64,000 nt of DNA from an uncultured Lachnospiraceae bacterium (GTDB lineage: Bacteria; Bacillota; Clostridia; Lachnospirales; Lachnospiraceae): positions 6,250 to 70,249 of the forward strand of contig CAJTVN010000001.1 in assembly GCA_910579685.1 (NCBI GenBank), given 5' to 3'. The notes below the pieces were generated by a model. That model did no database searches, had not been told where the DNA came from, and was given only the letters and a program-made list of their open reading frames with translations. The position numbers and the translations under genes were made by a program. This document shows, piece by piece, positions 19,951 to 29,154 of the stretch (position 1 is the first letter of the stretch; each line of letters opens with the position of its first letter).

Positions 19951-20850
19951 ATGGTACAGGAAAGAATGGAGAATGAAATTAATTCATTCATGATATATTT
20001 ACATAATGAAAAGAAATTTTCGGAAAATACGGAGCTGTCCTACCGGAGAGATCTCTTGAAGGTACAGCATTTTATGGAGAATCAGGGAATAAGGGATGTC
20101 CGGAAAATCAGTGCGACAAATTTGAATTCTTATGTGCTGTATCTGGAAAAATGTCATTTTTCTGCGGCGACGATTTCCAGAAATATCGCATCGCTCAAGG
20201 CGTTCTATCACTATATGTTTCGGGAAGGAATGGTGGGAGAGGATGTCTCGGAGAGGCTCAAGGCGCCAAGGATTGAGAAGAAGCTTCCGGAAATACTGAC
20301 GACAGAGGAGGTGGTGCGTCTGCTGGAGCAGCCTTGTGGAAATACGCCAAAGGAAATCCGCGACAAAGCGATGCTGGAGCTTTTGTATGCTACAGGAATG
20401 CGTGTGAGCGAGTTGATTTCTCTCAGGGTTGGAGATATCAACCTGCCCATGGGATTTATCAAATGCCGGGATTCTGCAAAAGAGAGAGTGATTCCCTTTG
20501 GGAGCAAGGCCAAAAGTGCGCTGACGCATTATCTCAAAGAGGCCAGGGACGAGATGGTTAAGGTGCCGGATTCGGACTATCTGTTTGCAAACTGTTCCGG
20601 GCAGCCTATGAGCAGGCAGGGATTCTGGAAGCTGATCAAATCCTATGCGAAGAAAGCGGGAATTGAAACGGATATCACGCCACATACATTACGGCATTCC
20701 TTTGCGGCACATCTGGTGGAAAACGGAGCGGATTTAAGGAGCGTGCAGGAGATGCTGGGACATTCGGATATTTCCACGACTCAGGTTTATGCGAACATGT
20801 GCCACAGTAAGATCAGGGAAGTATATGCCAAGGCTCATCCGAGGCATTAG
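19951..20850 (+). CDS. xerD: Site-specific tyrosine recombinase XerD
   Basis: LLYATGMRVSEL, TPHTLRHSFA, LGHSDISTTQVY; conserved synteny. Confidence 0.92.
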   Translation: MVQERMENEINSFMIYLHNEKKFSENTELSYRRDLLKVQHFMENQGIRDVRKISATNLNSYVLYLEKCHFSAATISRNIASLKAFYHYMFREGMVGEDVSERLKAPRIEKKLPEILTTEEVVRLLEQPCGNTPKEIRDKAMLELLYATGMRVSELISLRVGDINLPMGFIKCRDSAKERVIPFGSKAKSALTHYLKEARDEMVKVPDSDYLFANCSGQPMSRQGFWKLIKSYAKKAGIETDITPHTLRHSFAAHLVENGADLRSVQEMLGHSDISTTQVYANMCHSKIREVYAKAHPRH

Positions 20851-20893
20851 AGCTTTTGGAATACGTCTAAAACCCTGAATATGTTTGAAACAG

Positions 20894-21050
20894 AAAGAAG
20901 CGCCGGGTGAACCGGCGCTTCTTTTTCTTTCATAGGAAATTGCGTCCTATGAAAGAAAAATGATCCGCGAGGATCGCACTGCGGCGGGAGGGATGATGTC
21001 GCTGAAGCGACCCGCCGCAGGCGAAGAATCCTGCAAAGCAGGATTCTTTT
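20894..21050. repeat. Array of five consecutive hairpins (terminator plus REP-like element) between convergent genes
   Basis: Stems at 20894-20924, 20922-20960, 20962-20975, 20979-21020 and 21024-21048. Confidence 0.8.
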
Positions 21051-22079
21051 TCATTCATAATCCGCAATATCATAAATCAGCCGTTCAGAGGCTTCCCAGC
21101 CAAGACAGGCATCCGTGATGGATTTTCCATACACGCCGTCGCCCACTTTCTGGCTGCCCTCCACAATATAGCTTTCAATCATGACGCCTTTTACCAGGTT
21201 GTGAATATCCGGGCTCAATTTCCGGCTGTGCATGACCTCCTTGACGATACGCACCTGCTGGTCATACTGCTTGGCGGAATTGCTGTGGTTGGCGTCGATC
21301 ACGGTGCTGGGATTTTTCAGATCCCGTTCATTGTACAGATTGAGCAGAAGATTCAGATCCTCATAGTGGTAGTTAGGCAGGTTCTGTCCATGCTTATTGG
21401 TTGCGCCCCGAAGGACGGTGTGGGCCAGCTCGTTGCCGTTTGTCTGAACCTCCCAGCCACGGTAAATAAAGGAATGGGGACGCTGAGCGGCGTATACGGA
21501 ATTGAGCATGACGGTGAGATCGCCGCTTGTGGGATTTTTCATGCCGGCGGGAACGTCAAATCCGCTGACGGTCATTCGGTGGTGCTGGTCTTCCACAGAG
21601 CGGGCGCCGATCGCCACATAGGAGAGAATATCGGAAACATAGCGCCAGTTTTCAGGGTAAAGCATCTCATCGGCAGCGGTAAGCCCGGAAACTTCAATGG
21701 CCCGAATCAGCATTTTTCGCATGGCGATCAGCCCACCCAGAAGATCCGGTTTCTTTTCGGGATCGGGCTGATGGGCGATTCCCTTGTAGCCTTCCCCGGT
21801 TGTTCTGGGCTTGTTGGTATAGATCCGTGGGATAAGGATGAGCTTATCCTTTACCTTTTCGCTTACTCTGGCAAGACGGGTTACATAATCGCAGACCGCA
21901 TCCTCGTTGTCAGCGGAGCAGGGGCCTATGATCACGAGGAATTTGCTGCTCTTGCCGGTGATTACGTCGCGGATCTGCCGGTCTCTTTCCTCTTTCAGGC
22001 GGACGAGATGATCCGGCATGGGAAGCTGTTCCTTGATCTCGCTGGGAGTGGGAAGCTTTTTTATAAATTCAAACGACAT
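21051..22079 (-). CDS. 3-deoxy-7-phosphoheptulonate (DAHP) synthase, class I-alpha
   Basis: IGPCSAD, KPRT, IGARS, KNPTSG, DANHSNS, SITDACLGW; GGAGG RBS before 22079. Confidence 0.95.
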   Translation of the reverse strand: MSFEFIKKLPTPSEIKEQLPMPDHLVRLKEERDRQIRDVITGKSSKFLVIIGPCSADNEDAVCDYVTRLARVSEKVKDKLILIPRIYTNKPRTTGEGYKGIAHQPDPEKKPDLLGGLIAMRKMLIRAIEVSGLTAADEMLYPENWRYVSDILSYVAIGARSVEDQHHRMTVSGFDVPAGMKNPTSGDLTVMLNSVYAAQRPHSFIYRGWEVQTNGNELAHTVLRGATNKHGQNLPNYHYEDLNLLLNLYNERDLKNPSTVIDANHSNSAKQYDQQVRIVKEVMHSRKLSPDIHNLVKGVMIESYIVEGSQKVGDGVYGKSITDACLGWEASERLIYDIADYE

Positions 22080-22270
22080 ATTTTTATCCTCCATTCTGAG
22101 CCGGCGCCGGACAAAAGCATTTTGACCGGCCGCCAGCCTTGTACATTATAATATAGAAAAAAGCAAAGCGCAAGGATAAAAAGAGGGTGCAAGGCTTGCA
22201 ATCGTCCTGGAAAGAGTGTAAAATTGCGACAGTGGAAGCAAACGATGATAAAAAGGCGAGGAGTGAAAAA

Positions 22271-23530
22271 ATGGCATTGAGTAAAAAGCCGGTTACCGGC
22301 ATGAAGGATATCCTTCCGGAAGAGATGGCCATCCGGGATTATGTGATAGGAGTGATCCGGGAAACCTATGGGAAGTTCGGCTTTACCTCTATAGAGACCC
22401 CCAGCGTGGAGAGTATTGAAAACCTGAGCAGCAAGCAGGGAGGGGAAAACGAAAAGCTGATCTTTAAGATTTTGAAGAGGGGTGAGAAACTGAATCTGGA
22501 GACGGCCCAAGAAGAGAGAGATCTGGTGGACGGGGGGCTTCGCTATGATCTCACAGTCCCGCTTGTGCGTTTCTATTCCAATCATGCAAATGAACTGCCT
22601 TCTCCATTCAAGGCGCTGCAGATGGGGAATGTGTGGAGAGCCGACCGGCCCCAGAGAGGACGTTACAGACAGTTTATGCAGTGTGATATCGATATCCTTG
22701 GTGAACCCTCCAATCTGGCGGAGATCGAGCTGATTCTGGCTACCACGACAACGCTTGGAAAGCTTGGTTTTCGGAATTTCCAGATCAGGATTAACGACAG
22801 AAGGATCTTAAAGGCCATGGCGGCCTACAGCGGATTTTTGCAGGAGTCCTATGACAGTGTGTTTATCACGCTTGACAAGATGGACAAGATCGGGCCGGAA
22901 GGCGTGAAACAGGAGCTGATCCAGAGCGGTTTCCAAAGCGGGAGTGCGGAGAAATACATGGAGCTTTTTCAGAGAATGGAACAGGCGGATGACAGTCTGG
23001 CCGTCTTGACCGGGGAGCTCGGAGACTTCCTGGATCCGGAGGTGGGCGATAACCTTCGGGAAATCATGGACAGCGTGGGCGCTACCAAGGATTCCTGTTT
23101 TGAACTGGTGTTTGATCCCGCGCTTGTACGGGGAATGTCCTACTATACGGGAACGATTTTTGAAATTGCCATGCCGGAGTTTGGAGGAAGCTGCGGAGGC
23201 GGCGGAAGATATGACGAGATGGTCGGACGCTTCACCGGAAACAACGTGCCTGCCTGCGGATTTTCCATCGGATTTGAGCGAATTATCCTGCTGCTTATGG
23301 AGAGCGGTTTTCAGGTGCCGAACCAGTCTGAGAAAACGGCTTACCTGATTGAGAAGGGGATTTCGGGGCAGGAGCTCTGCAAGGTGATCGCCATGGCGCA
23401 GGAGGAGAGAACAAAGGGGGGCCAGGTTCTTGTGGCCCGCATGAATAAGAACAAGAAGTTTCAAAAGGAGCAGCTTGCCCGGCAGGGCTATGCGCAGATC
23501 AGAGAGTTTTACAAAAATCCTCTGAAATAA
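22271..23530 (+). CDS. hisS: Histidine--tRNA ligase
   Basis: GMKD, LRYDLTVP, WRADRPQRGRYRQFMQCD, LVRGMSYYTG, GGGRYD, GFSIGFER. Confidence 0.93.
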   Translation: MALSKKPVTGMKDILPEEMAIRDYVIGVIRETYGKFGFTSIETPSVESIENLSSKQGGENEKLIFKILKRGEKLNLETAQEERDLVDGGLRYDLTVPLVRFYSNHANELPSPFKALQMGNVWRADRPQRGRYRQFMQCDIDILGEPSNLAEIELILATTTTLGKLGFRNFQIRINDRRILKAMAAYSGFLQESYDSVFITLDKMDKIGPEGVKQELIQSGFQSGSAEKYMELFQRMEQADDSLAVLTGELGDFLDPEVGDNLREIMDSVGATKDSCFELVFDPALVRGMSYYTGTIFEIAMPEFGGSCGGGGRYDEMVGRFTGNNVPACGFSIGFERIILLLMESGFQVPNQSEKTAYLIEKGISGQELCKVIAMAQEERTKGGQVLVARMNKNKKFQKEQLARQGYAQIREFYKNPLK

Positions 23531-23537
23531 GCGGCGT

Positions 23538-24209
23538 ATGATTACCGTATATTATGGAAGGGTTCCCGCCGAAATTGACGGGGATGCCTGGAAATTCTGT
23601 TTGGAGAAAATAGAGGCAGGGCGCAGGGAGAGGCTGGAGCGCACGCAAAGCAGGGTTCAGAGGCTGCGAAGCCTTGCGGCAGGCTGTCTTTTGCATGATG
23701 CGCTCTGCCGGGAGCTTGGGCTTTTGCCAAAAGAGAAGGGGGCTTTTTCCATCGGATACAGAGAGGGGGGAAAGCCCTTTCTGCGGGAGGGGGAAGGGCT
23801 TTTCTTCAATCTGTCCCATTCCGGGGATTATGTCTGCTGTGCGGTGGGCAGGGAAGAGACGGGTGTGGATATTCAGGTGCACACAAAGGTGCGGCAGTCG
23901 CTTCCGGAACGGTTTTTCACGCAGGAGGATAACCGAAGGCTGAAAGAGGCCGGGACGGAGAGAGAGGCCCTGTTTTTCCGGATGTGGAGCATCAAGGAGA
24001 GTTATCTCAAACTTACCGGAAAGGGCATTTGGGCAGGCCTTTCCTCCTTTGAAATCCAGTGGGAGGAAAGGGTGATCAGGGAAAACGGGAAGAGAGAGGC
24101 AATGTTTGCGGAGAACCTCTCTCTTCCCGGCTGCAGCCTTTGCGCCTGTTTCCGGGGGTCCGGACAGACAGTGCGCTGGAAGGAATCAGGCGGTATATTT
24201 GGCGATTAG
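23538..24209 (+). CDS. Sfp-type 4'-phosphopantetheinyl transferase
   Basis: GKP, FNLSHSG, GVDIQ, FFRMWSIKESYLK. Confidence 0.92.
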   Translation: MITVYYGRVPAEIDGDAWKFCLEKIEAGRRERLERTQSRVQRLRSLAAGCLLHDALCRELGLLPKEKGAFSIGYREGGKPFLREGEGLFFNLSHSGDYVCCAVGREETGVDIQVHTKVRQSLPERFFTQEDNRRLKEAGTEREALFFRMWSIKESYLKLTGKGIWAGLSSFEIQWEERVIRENGKREAMFAENLSLPGCSLCACFRGSGQTVRWKESGGIFGD

Positions 24210-25727
24210 CCCGCTAAGGCTGCGGTGATGGTTCAGAATCCATTTATCGTAGGTGGTGTTTTCGGAAGCGACCAGACGTCCAAGTTCAATGAGAAAATCC
24301 GGGATATCCGAAGCGGCCATGAGCTTTCCTGTCTCTGCAAGGATTTCCCGTCCCTGGTAGGGACAGCCGCCCTCAAAAATGGCGAAGGCGGGCCTTGGCC
24401 CCTCCGGCGTCTGTTTGACGCCTCCCCGGAAGCCGATTTCGCCGATCTGATGCGTTCCGCAGGAGGAGGGGCAGCCCGAAATATGAATCCGCGGCAGCGT
24501 GCCGTCCGGGAAGTTTTCCTTACGGACAGCCTCTATGCAGGCGTCAAGCAGGGCCTTCGAGTCGCCGATTCCAACCTGACAAACGCTGGCCCCGACGCAG
24601 GCCACGGAGGTTTCAAAGAGGGTACTGGCTCCGTCCTTTGTCTCTTCCAGAAGATCCTGCGCTTCTTGCGCATTACAGTTGATGAGATACATTCCCTCCT
24701 GGGGAGTGAGCCGGATCTCCACGGCATCCATGGATTGAATGAGCTGATACAGTTTTTTTGCTTTCTGACAGGAGAGGGATCCGCCGGGAGGCTGATAAAA
24801 CACGCTGTACAGCTCTTCCTGTTTCTGGGGAAGAAGTCTGGGATCAAAGGGGGCTTTTCCTGTTCCCCGCTTTTTGACCGGCGTTTCCTCAATCTTAAGG
24901 GAGAGCTGCTCTGTTTCATAGATCTTGTCTAACGCTTTCTGATAAGCCTCTGTCAAGCCTTCCGCTCCGAGGGTTTCCTGGAGAAATCTGGTTCTTGCTT
25001 TGCCCCGGTTTTCGAAATTCCCATAGGATACAAAGACCTCAACCATGGCTTTTATATAGTAGAGAATATCCTCCGGTGCGGCATTTTGGGCCACGCATAT
25101 GCCGGGCAGGGGTCTCACGCCAAGGCCGCCCGCTGCGTATACGTCAAAGGTCCGGTCTGGTTTTGCCACAAATCCCAGATCGCGGAAGGTGGCATGGGTT
25201 TCGTTTTCCGGGGAGTTTGAAAAGCAGACCTTGAGCTTGCGCGGAAATTTTACGGCCTTGATAAAATGCATCAGATATTCCCCTGCCGCCTCTGCAAAGG
25301 GCATGACGTCAAAAATTTCGTCCTGTCTTACTCCGGATAAGGGGGTGGCCATTACGTTGCGGGGGAAATCTCCTCCGCCTCCTCTGGAAATCATACCCGC
25401 TCTCCAGGCTTCCGCCATCAAAGAACACAGGATGGAGGGCGGCAGGTCATGAAGCTGAAGAGACTGACAGGTGGTGATTTTTAAGTGTTTGATCTGATAT
25501 TTCTCGCAGCTGTCTATCACGAATCCGAGGCGCTCTCTGGTGAGTCTGCCGCCTGCCATGCGAAGCCGCAGCATATGGGTTTTGCCGCCCCGCTGGGCAT
25601 AGCTTCCAAAGCCTCCGGAGAAGCCCTTGTACTGGGCCGTGGTGATTTCGCCGTTATGAAATTGCCGTGTTTTTTGCCGGAATTCCTCCAGGTCGGGAAG
25701 AAATTCCGTGAGAAAATCCTTTGCCAT
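24186..25727 (-). CDS. Ferredoxin-dependent sulfite/nitrite reductase (siroheme, 4Fe-4S)
   Basis: MLRLRMAGG, TTCQSLQLH, PRKLK, CVGASVC, SGCPSSC. Confidence 0.9.
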   Translation of the reverse strand: MAKDFLTEFLPDLEEFRQKTRQFHNGEITTAQYKGFSGGFGSYAQRGGKTHMLRLRMAGGRLTRERLGFVIDSCEKYQIKHLKITTCQSLQLHDLPPSILCSLMAEAWRAGMISRGGGGDFPRNVMATPLSGVRQDEIFDVMPFAEAAGEYLMHFIKAVKFPRKLKVCFSNSPENETHATFRDLGFVAKPDRTFDVYAAGGLGVRPLPGICVAQNAAPEDILYYIKAMVEVFVSYGNFENRGKARTRFLQETLGAEGLTEAYQKALDKIYETEQLSLKIEETPVKKRGTGKAPFDPRLLPQKQEELYSVFYQPPGGSLSCQKAKKLYQLIQSMDAVEIRLTPQEGMYLINCNAQEAQDLLEETKDGASTLFETSVACVGASVCQVGIGDSKALLDACIEAVRKENFPDGTLPRIHISGCPSSCGTHQIGEIGFRGGVKQTPEGPRPAFAIFEGGCPYQGREILAETGKLMAASDIPDFLIELGRLVASENTTYDKWILNHHRSLSGLIAKYTA

Positions 25728-25805
25728 AGTGTGCCTCCTTTGCGGTTCTGAGATAAGCGATAAGGATTAGTTTGCCCGCACAGGGACAAAAAATGTGCGG
25801 CGTTA

Positions 25806-25899
25806 GTTACTATTCACGGCATGGAAGCCAGTGCGCATTCCTGATCCGTGAAAAGTAACCGGTGTTACGATTTGCGGCATGGAAGCCGCAGTAAAAACT
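25806..25899. repeat. REP-like palindromic element plus a degenerate second copy
   Basis: GTTACTATTCACGG...CCGTGAAAAGTAAC (13/14 inverted repeat); CGGCATGGAAGCC occurs twice. Confidence 0.7.
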
Positions 25900-26091
25900 T
25901 TCCGGAAGGTCTTGTATGTGATAAAATGAAGAAGTCAAAGAAGGCGCACTATGAAAAAGTGCCGGGGGAAGGGATGATAACGGATTCCTGCCATAGACGC
26001 AACGGTGAGAGAGGAAATGAAATATCTGGGGCTGCAGCAGTGAGAATTTGAACAGTCACGTCTCCAACCCCTCTTTCTCTTTCCTATGGAG

Positions 26092-26496
26092 CTACTGTAC
26101 CAGGAAGCCTCTGGATTTCAGATATTCCTCCACCTCGCGGATATCGTCCGTGTGCAGAATCAGAACGGGCTTTCCGGTATCCCGGTTAAAGCAAAGATAG
26201 ATGTAGTCCACGCTGATATTGCCGTCGGAAAGGCTGATCAGCAGGCGGTTCAGACTTCCGATTTCATCCTCCATTTCCACGCCGAGAATATCGTTGGAGC
26301 GGCACAGATAGCCGTTGGCGGACAAAGCGCGTAAAGCCTTTTCCGTGTCGGAGACGATCATGCGCACGATACCGTATTCTGCACTGTCGTTGGTGATGGA
26401 ACCGAGGATATTGATGTTTTCCTCCTGAAGAATTCCGGTTATGGACTGGAAGGTCCCTCGTTTGTTTTCCGCAAAGATTGATACCTGTTTTAACAT
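26092..26496 (-). CDS. Tandem ACT domain protein
   Basis: QVSIFAENKRG, INI, YGIVRMIVSD, ISVDYIY. Confidence 0.9.
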   Translation of the reverse strand: MLKQVSIFAENKRGTFQSITGILQEENINILGSITNDSAEYGIVRMIVSDTEKALRALSANGYLCRSNDILGVEMEDEIGSLNRLLISLSDGNISVDYIYLCFNRDTGKPVLILHTDDIREVEEYLKSRGFLVQ

Positions 26497-26673
26497 TTGT
26501 TTTCACCTCACATATTTTCTCAATACAATCCTTTACTATACTAACACATGACAGGGGTTTTTTCAATTTATCAGAAACAGCGCAGATATATTTGTTAATA
26601 ATTTATAAATCCGTTGAGAAATCTGCCAATATAGAATATAATTATTTTTGAAAGAAGCTAGATTGCAAAAGAG

Positions 26674-26702
26674 TTGACATGTAAGAGGATATATGTTATA
26701 GT
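26674..26702 (+). promoter_or_regulatory. Sigma-A promoter of the RNase H gene
   Basis: TTGACA-17 bp-TATAGT with an extended TG. Confidence 0.75.
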
Positions 26703-26723
26703 GCACTACTCTGGAGGAAGATA

Positions 26724-27389
26724 ATGGCCAAGAAAAAGATATATGCTGTAAAAAAGGGAAGAGTGACTGGTATTTTTACAAGCTGGGATGAATGCAGAGA
26801 TGCGGTTGAAGAGTATCCGGGGGCAGAATATAAAAGTTTTTTTACAGAGGAAGACGCAAATGCCTATTTGCTCGGGATAGAGAAGGGTGAGATGAATATT
26901 TTATCCGAAAAAATGGAAGAATGTTTAACCGGTCAGATAATTGCGTACGTGGATGGCAGTTTTGATGAGAAAATCGGCAGATATGCTTTCGGATGCGTAA
27001 TGATTATGCCAAACGGCGAGATTGTTCGGGAATCCGGCAATGGAGATAATCCGGATTCCCTCGCATTACGCAATGTAACGGGGGAAATGCTCGGAGCAAT
27101 GTACGCCGTAAAATGGAGTGAGAAGAATGGATATTCCGGAATAAAGATATGCTATGATTATTTAGGCATAGAGAAATGGGCTCTCGGCGAATGGAAAGCC
27201 AAAAATGCTCTGACACAGAAATATGCGGAGTTTATGAGAGAAAATAGCAAAAAACTCAATATTTCATTTCAGAAAATTGCCGCTCATACAGGGAACAAGT
27301 ATAATGAGGAAGCGGATAAATTAGCCAAGGCGGCGTTGACGGAGGGAAAAGGAATTCCCAAAATAACCAAAAGACTTACACAAGATTAG
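26724..27389 (+). CDS. rnhA: Ribonuclease HI with N-terminal hybrid-binding (viroplasmin-like) domain
   Basis: YAVKKGRVTGIFTSWDEC, YVDGSF, RNVTGE, YDYLGI, AHTGNKYNEEADKLA. Confidence 0.9.
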   Translation: MAKKKIYAVKKGRVTGIFTSWDECRDAVEEYPGAEYKSFFTEEDANAYLLGIEKGEMNILSEKMEECLTGQIIAYVDGSFDEKIGRYAFGCVMIMPNGEIVRESGNGDNPDSLALRNVTGEMLGAMYAVKWSEKNGYSGIKICYDYLGIEKWALGEWKAKNALTQKYAEFMRENSKKLNISFQKIAAHTGNKYNEEADKLAKAALTEGKGIPKITKRLTQD

Positions 27390-27397
27390 GAGACATT

Positions 27398-28066
27398 ATG
27401 GCGAATATTCTGATTGTGGAGGACGAAAAGGCCATGCAGGACATCCTTGCGGAGTATATGAGAAGGGGCGGCCACACCTGCGTTACGGCTGACGACGGAG
27501 TGGACGCCCTTGTCCTGCTGAAAGGCAGCCCGATGGATCTGATGATCCTGGATGTGATGATGCCGCATCTGGACGGCTTCTCGGTCTGCAGGATGGCGCG
27601 GGAGATGAGCAATATGCCCATTATCATGCTGACGGCAAAGAGTGCGGAGGAGGACAAGTTAAAGGGCTACGATTACGGTGCGGACGACTACGTGACAAAG
27701 CCGTTCAGCCCCAGGGTGCTGCTGGCAAAGGCAAACGCCCTTCTGCGAAGAACCGCAGCGGCGGACGCAGGGGCGGTCAGTGCCGGGAAAATCCTTCTCC
27801 AGCCCAATTTTCGCAAGGTCTTTATCGACGGACAAGAGATTGCGCTGACCCACAAGGAATATGAACTGCTCGCACTGCTCATGGCGAATCCGGGACGGAT
27901 TTTCAGCCGGGAACAGCTTCTCAACCGCATCTGGGGCTATGACTTTGAGGGAACCTCCCGTACCGTGGACACTCATATCAAGACTCTTCGGCAGAAGCTG
28001 GGAGGCGAAAGCAGGCATATTGTCACGCTGATCCGCTCCGGTTATAAATTTGAGGCGGCAATATGA
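27398..28066 (+). CDS. OmpR-family response regulator
   Basis: ILIVEDE, LDVMMP, GADDYVTKPF, RTVDTHIKTLR. Confidence 0.95.
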   Translation: MANILIVEDEKAMQDILAEYMRRGGHTCVTADDGVDALVLLKGSPMDLMILDVMMPHLDGFSVCRMAREMSNMPIIMLTAKSAEEDKLKGYDYGADDYVTKPFSPRVLLAKANALLRRTAAADAGAVSAGKILLQPNFRKVFIDGQEIALTHKEYELLALLMANPGRIFSREQLLNRIWGYDFEGTSRTVDTHIKTLRQKLGGESRHIVTLIRSGYKFEAAI

Positions 28067-29154
28067 AAGAGATGTTTTCCCTTCGCACGATCCGCAAAAA
28101 GATCGTAATGCTCTCCAAGCTGGCCGGGATCGCATTGATTTTCTCCTATATCCTGTCCACCGGCCTTCCGTTCGGTAAGGATGTTTCCTTTCTGATCTGG
28201 CTCGGTTTTGTGCTGCTTCTGGTGCTGGCAATCGACTTTTTGGCGGGCCGCTTTCTTTCGGATCCGATTTCCAGATTGAACGATTCGGCAAAGCGCATGG
28301 CAAACCTGGACTTTTCGGTGCCCAGTGAGGTATCCACCGGGGATGAATTTGGAGAACTTTCCGCCAGCCTGAATGCCATGGCGGGGAATCTGCAGCAGGC
28401 GTTCATGCGCCTGGAGGAGGCAAACGGCCGGCTCGAGCGGGAGGTGGAAAAGGAACGGCGTCTTTTGGCCGAGCGCAGGGAGCTGGTGGACGGTTTGTCC
28501 CACGAGATGAAAACCCCGCTGGGCATTATTCGCGCCTATGCGGAGGGGGTGATGGACGAGACGGACGAAGTAAAAAAAACAAAATATGCCCAGGTGATTG
28601 TATCCGAGGTGGAGCGCATGAACGATCTGATCGTCACGCTTCTGGATTTATCCGCCCTGGAAAGCGGGGCGGCAAAGCTTGCGATCACCTGGTTTGACTT
28701 TGTGGAGCTTGTGGAAACCGTGGCCGGACGCCTTTTGCTGGATGCTCCCGGTACTGATTTTGTGCTGCGGTATGAGCTGCCGGAACAGAAGATTTTTGTG
28801 AACGCAGACCGGCGACGCATGGAGCAGGTTTTGGATAACCTGATTGTCAACGCCAGGAAAAATGTGCGCCCGGGCGGCGTTATTTATCTGAAACTGAAAG
28901 CGGAATGCGGGGAACTGTGCTTTTCGGTCTTTAACCAGGGAAGAACCATTCCCGAGAAGGAACTGCCCAAAATCTGGACCAGATTTTACCGGGACAGCGG
29001 GGCCTCTTACAGCGGATCCGGGCTTGGTCTGTCCATCACAGGTCAGATACTGTCCATGCAAAATCTGCCCTATGGAGCGGAAAACCTGGCGGATGGCGTT
29101 GAATTTTGGTTTTCTATTCCCATTTCTTTGGCGAAAGGAGCGAGCTGTCCCTGA
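28063..29154 (+). CDS. HAMP-domain sensor histidine kinase
   Basis: Two TM helices, HAMP, SHEMKTPL, NLIVNA, GSGLGL; ATGA overlap with the response regulator. Confidence 0.93.
   Translation: MKEMFSLRTIRKKIVMLSKLAGIALIFSYILSTGLPFGKDVSFLIWLGFVLLLVLAIDFLAGRFLSDPISRLNDSAKRMANLDFSVPSEVSTGDEFGELSASLNAMAGNLQQAFMRLEEANGRLEREVEKERRLLAERRELVDGLSHEMKTPLGIIRAYAEGVMDETDEVKKTKYAQVIVSEVERMNDLIVTLLDLSALESGAAKLAITWFDFVELVETVAGRLLLDAPGTDFVLRYELPEQKIFVNADRRRMEQVLDNLIVNARKNVRPGGVIYLKLKAECGELCFSVFNQGRTIPEKELPKIWTRFYRDSGASYSGSGLGLSITGQILSMQNLPYGAENLADGVEFWFSIPISLAKGASCP

Noticed and set aside
19951..20850. Tyrosine recombinase as a prophage or island integrase
   Set aside because: Motifs and the nudF-spoIIM-xerD synteny indicate housekeeping XerD; no cargo or att sites are adjacent.
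20894..21050. CRISPR-like array
   Set aside because: The hairpins differ in sequence; there is no repeat-spacer periodicity and no cas gene.
24186..24209. Convergent gene overlaps (also 29114-29154 and 52999-53002)
   Set aside because: Short 3' overlaps are common and both proteins appear complete.
25728..26091. Possible SAM riboswitch, T-box or small ORF upstream of the sulfite/nitrite reductase
   Set aside because: I found no SAM-I or T-box core motifs on the minus strand; the 67-aa plus-strand ORF lacks an RBS. A TG-TAAAAT element at 25919-25927 is insufficient evidence for an sRNA.
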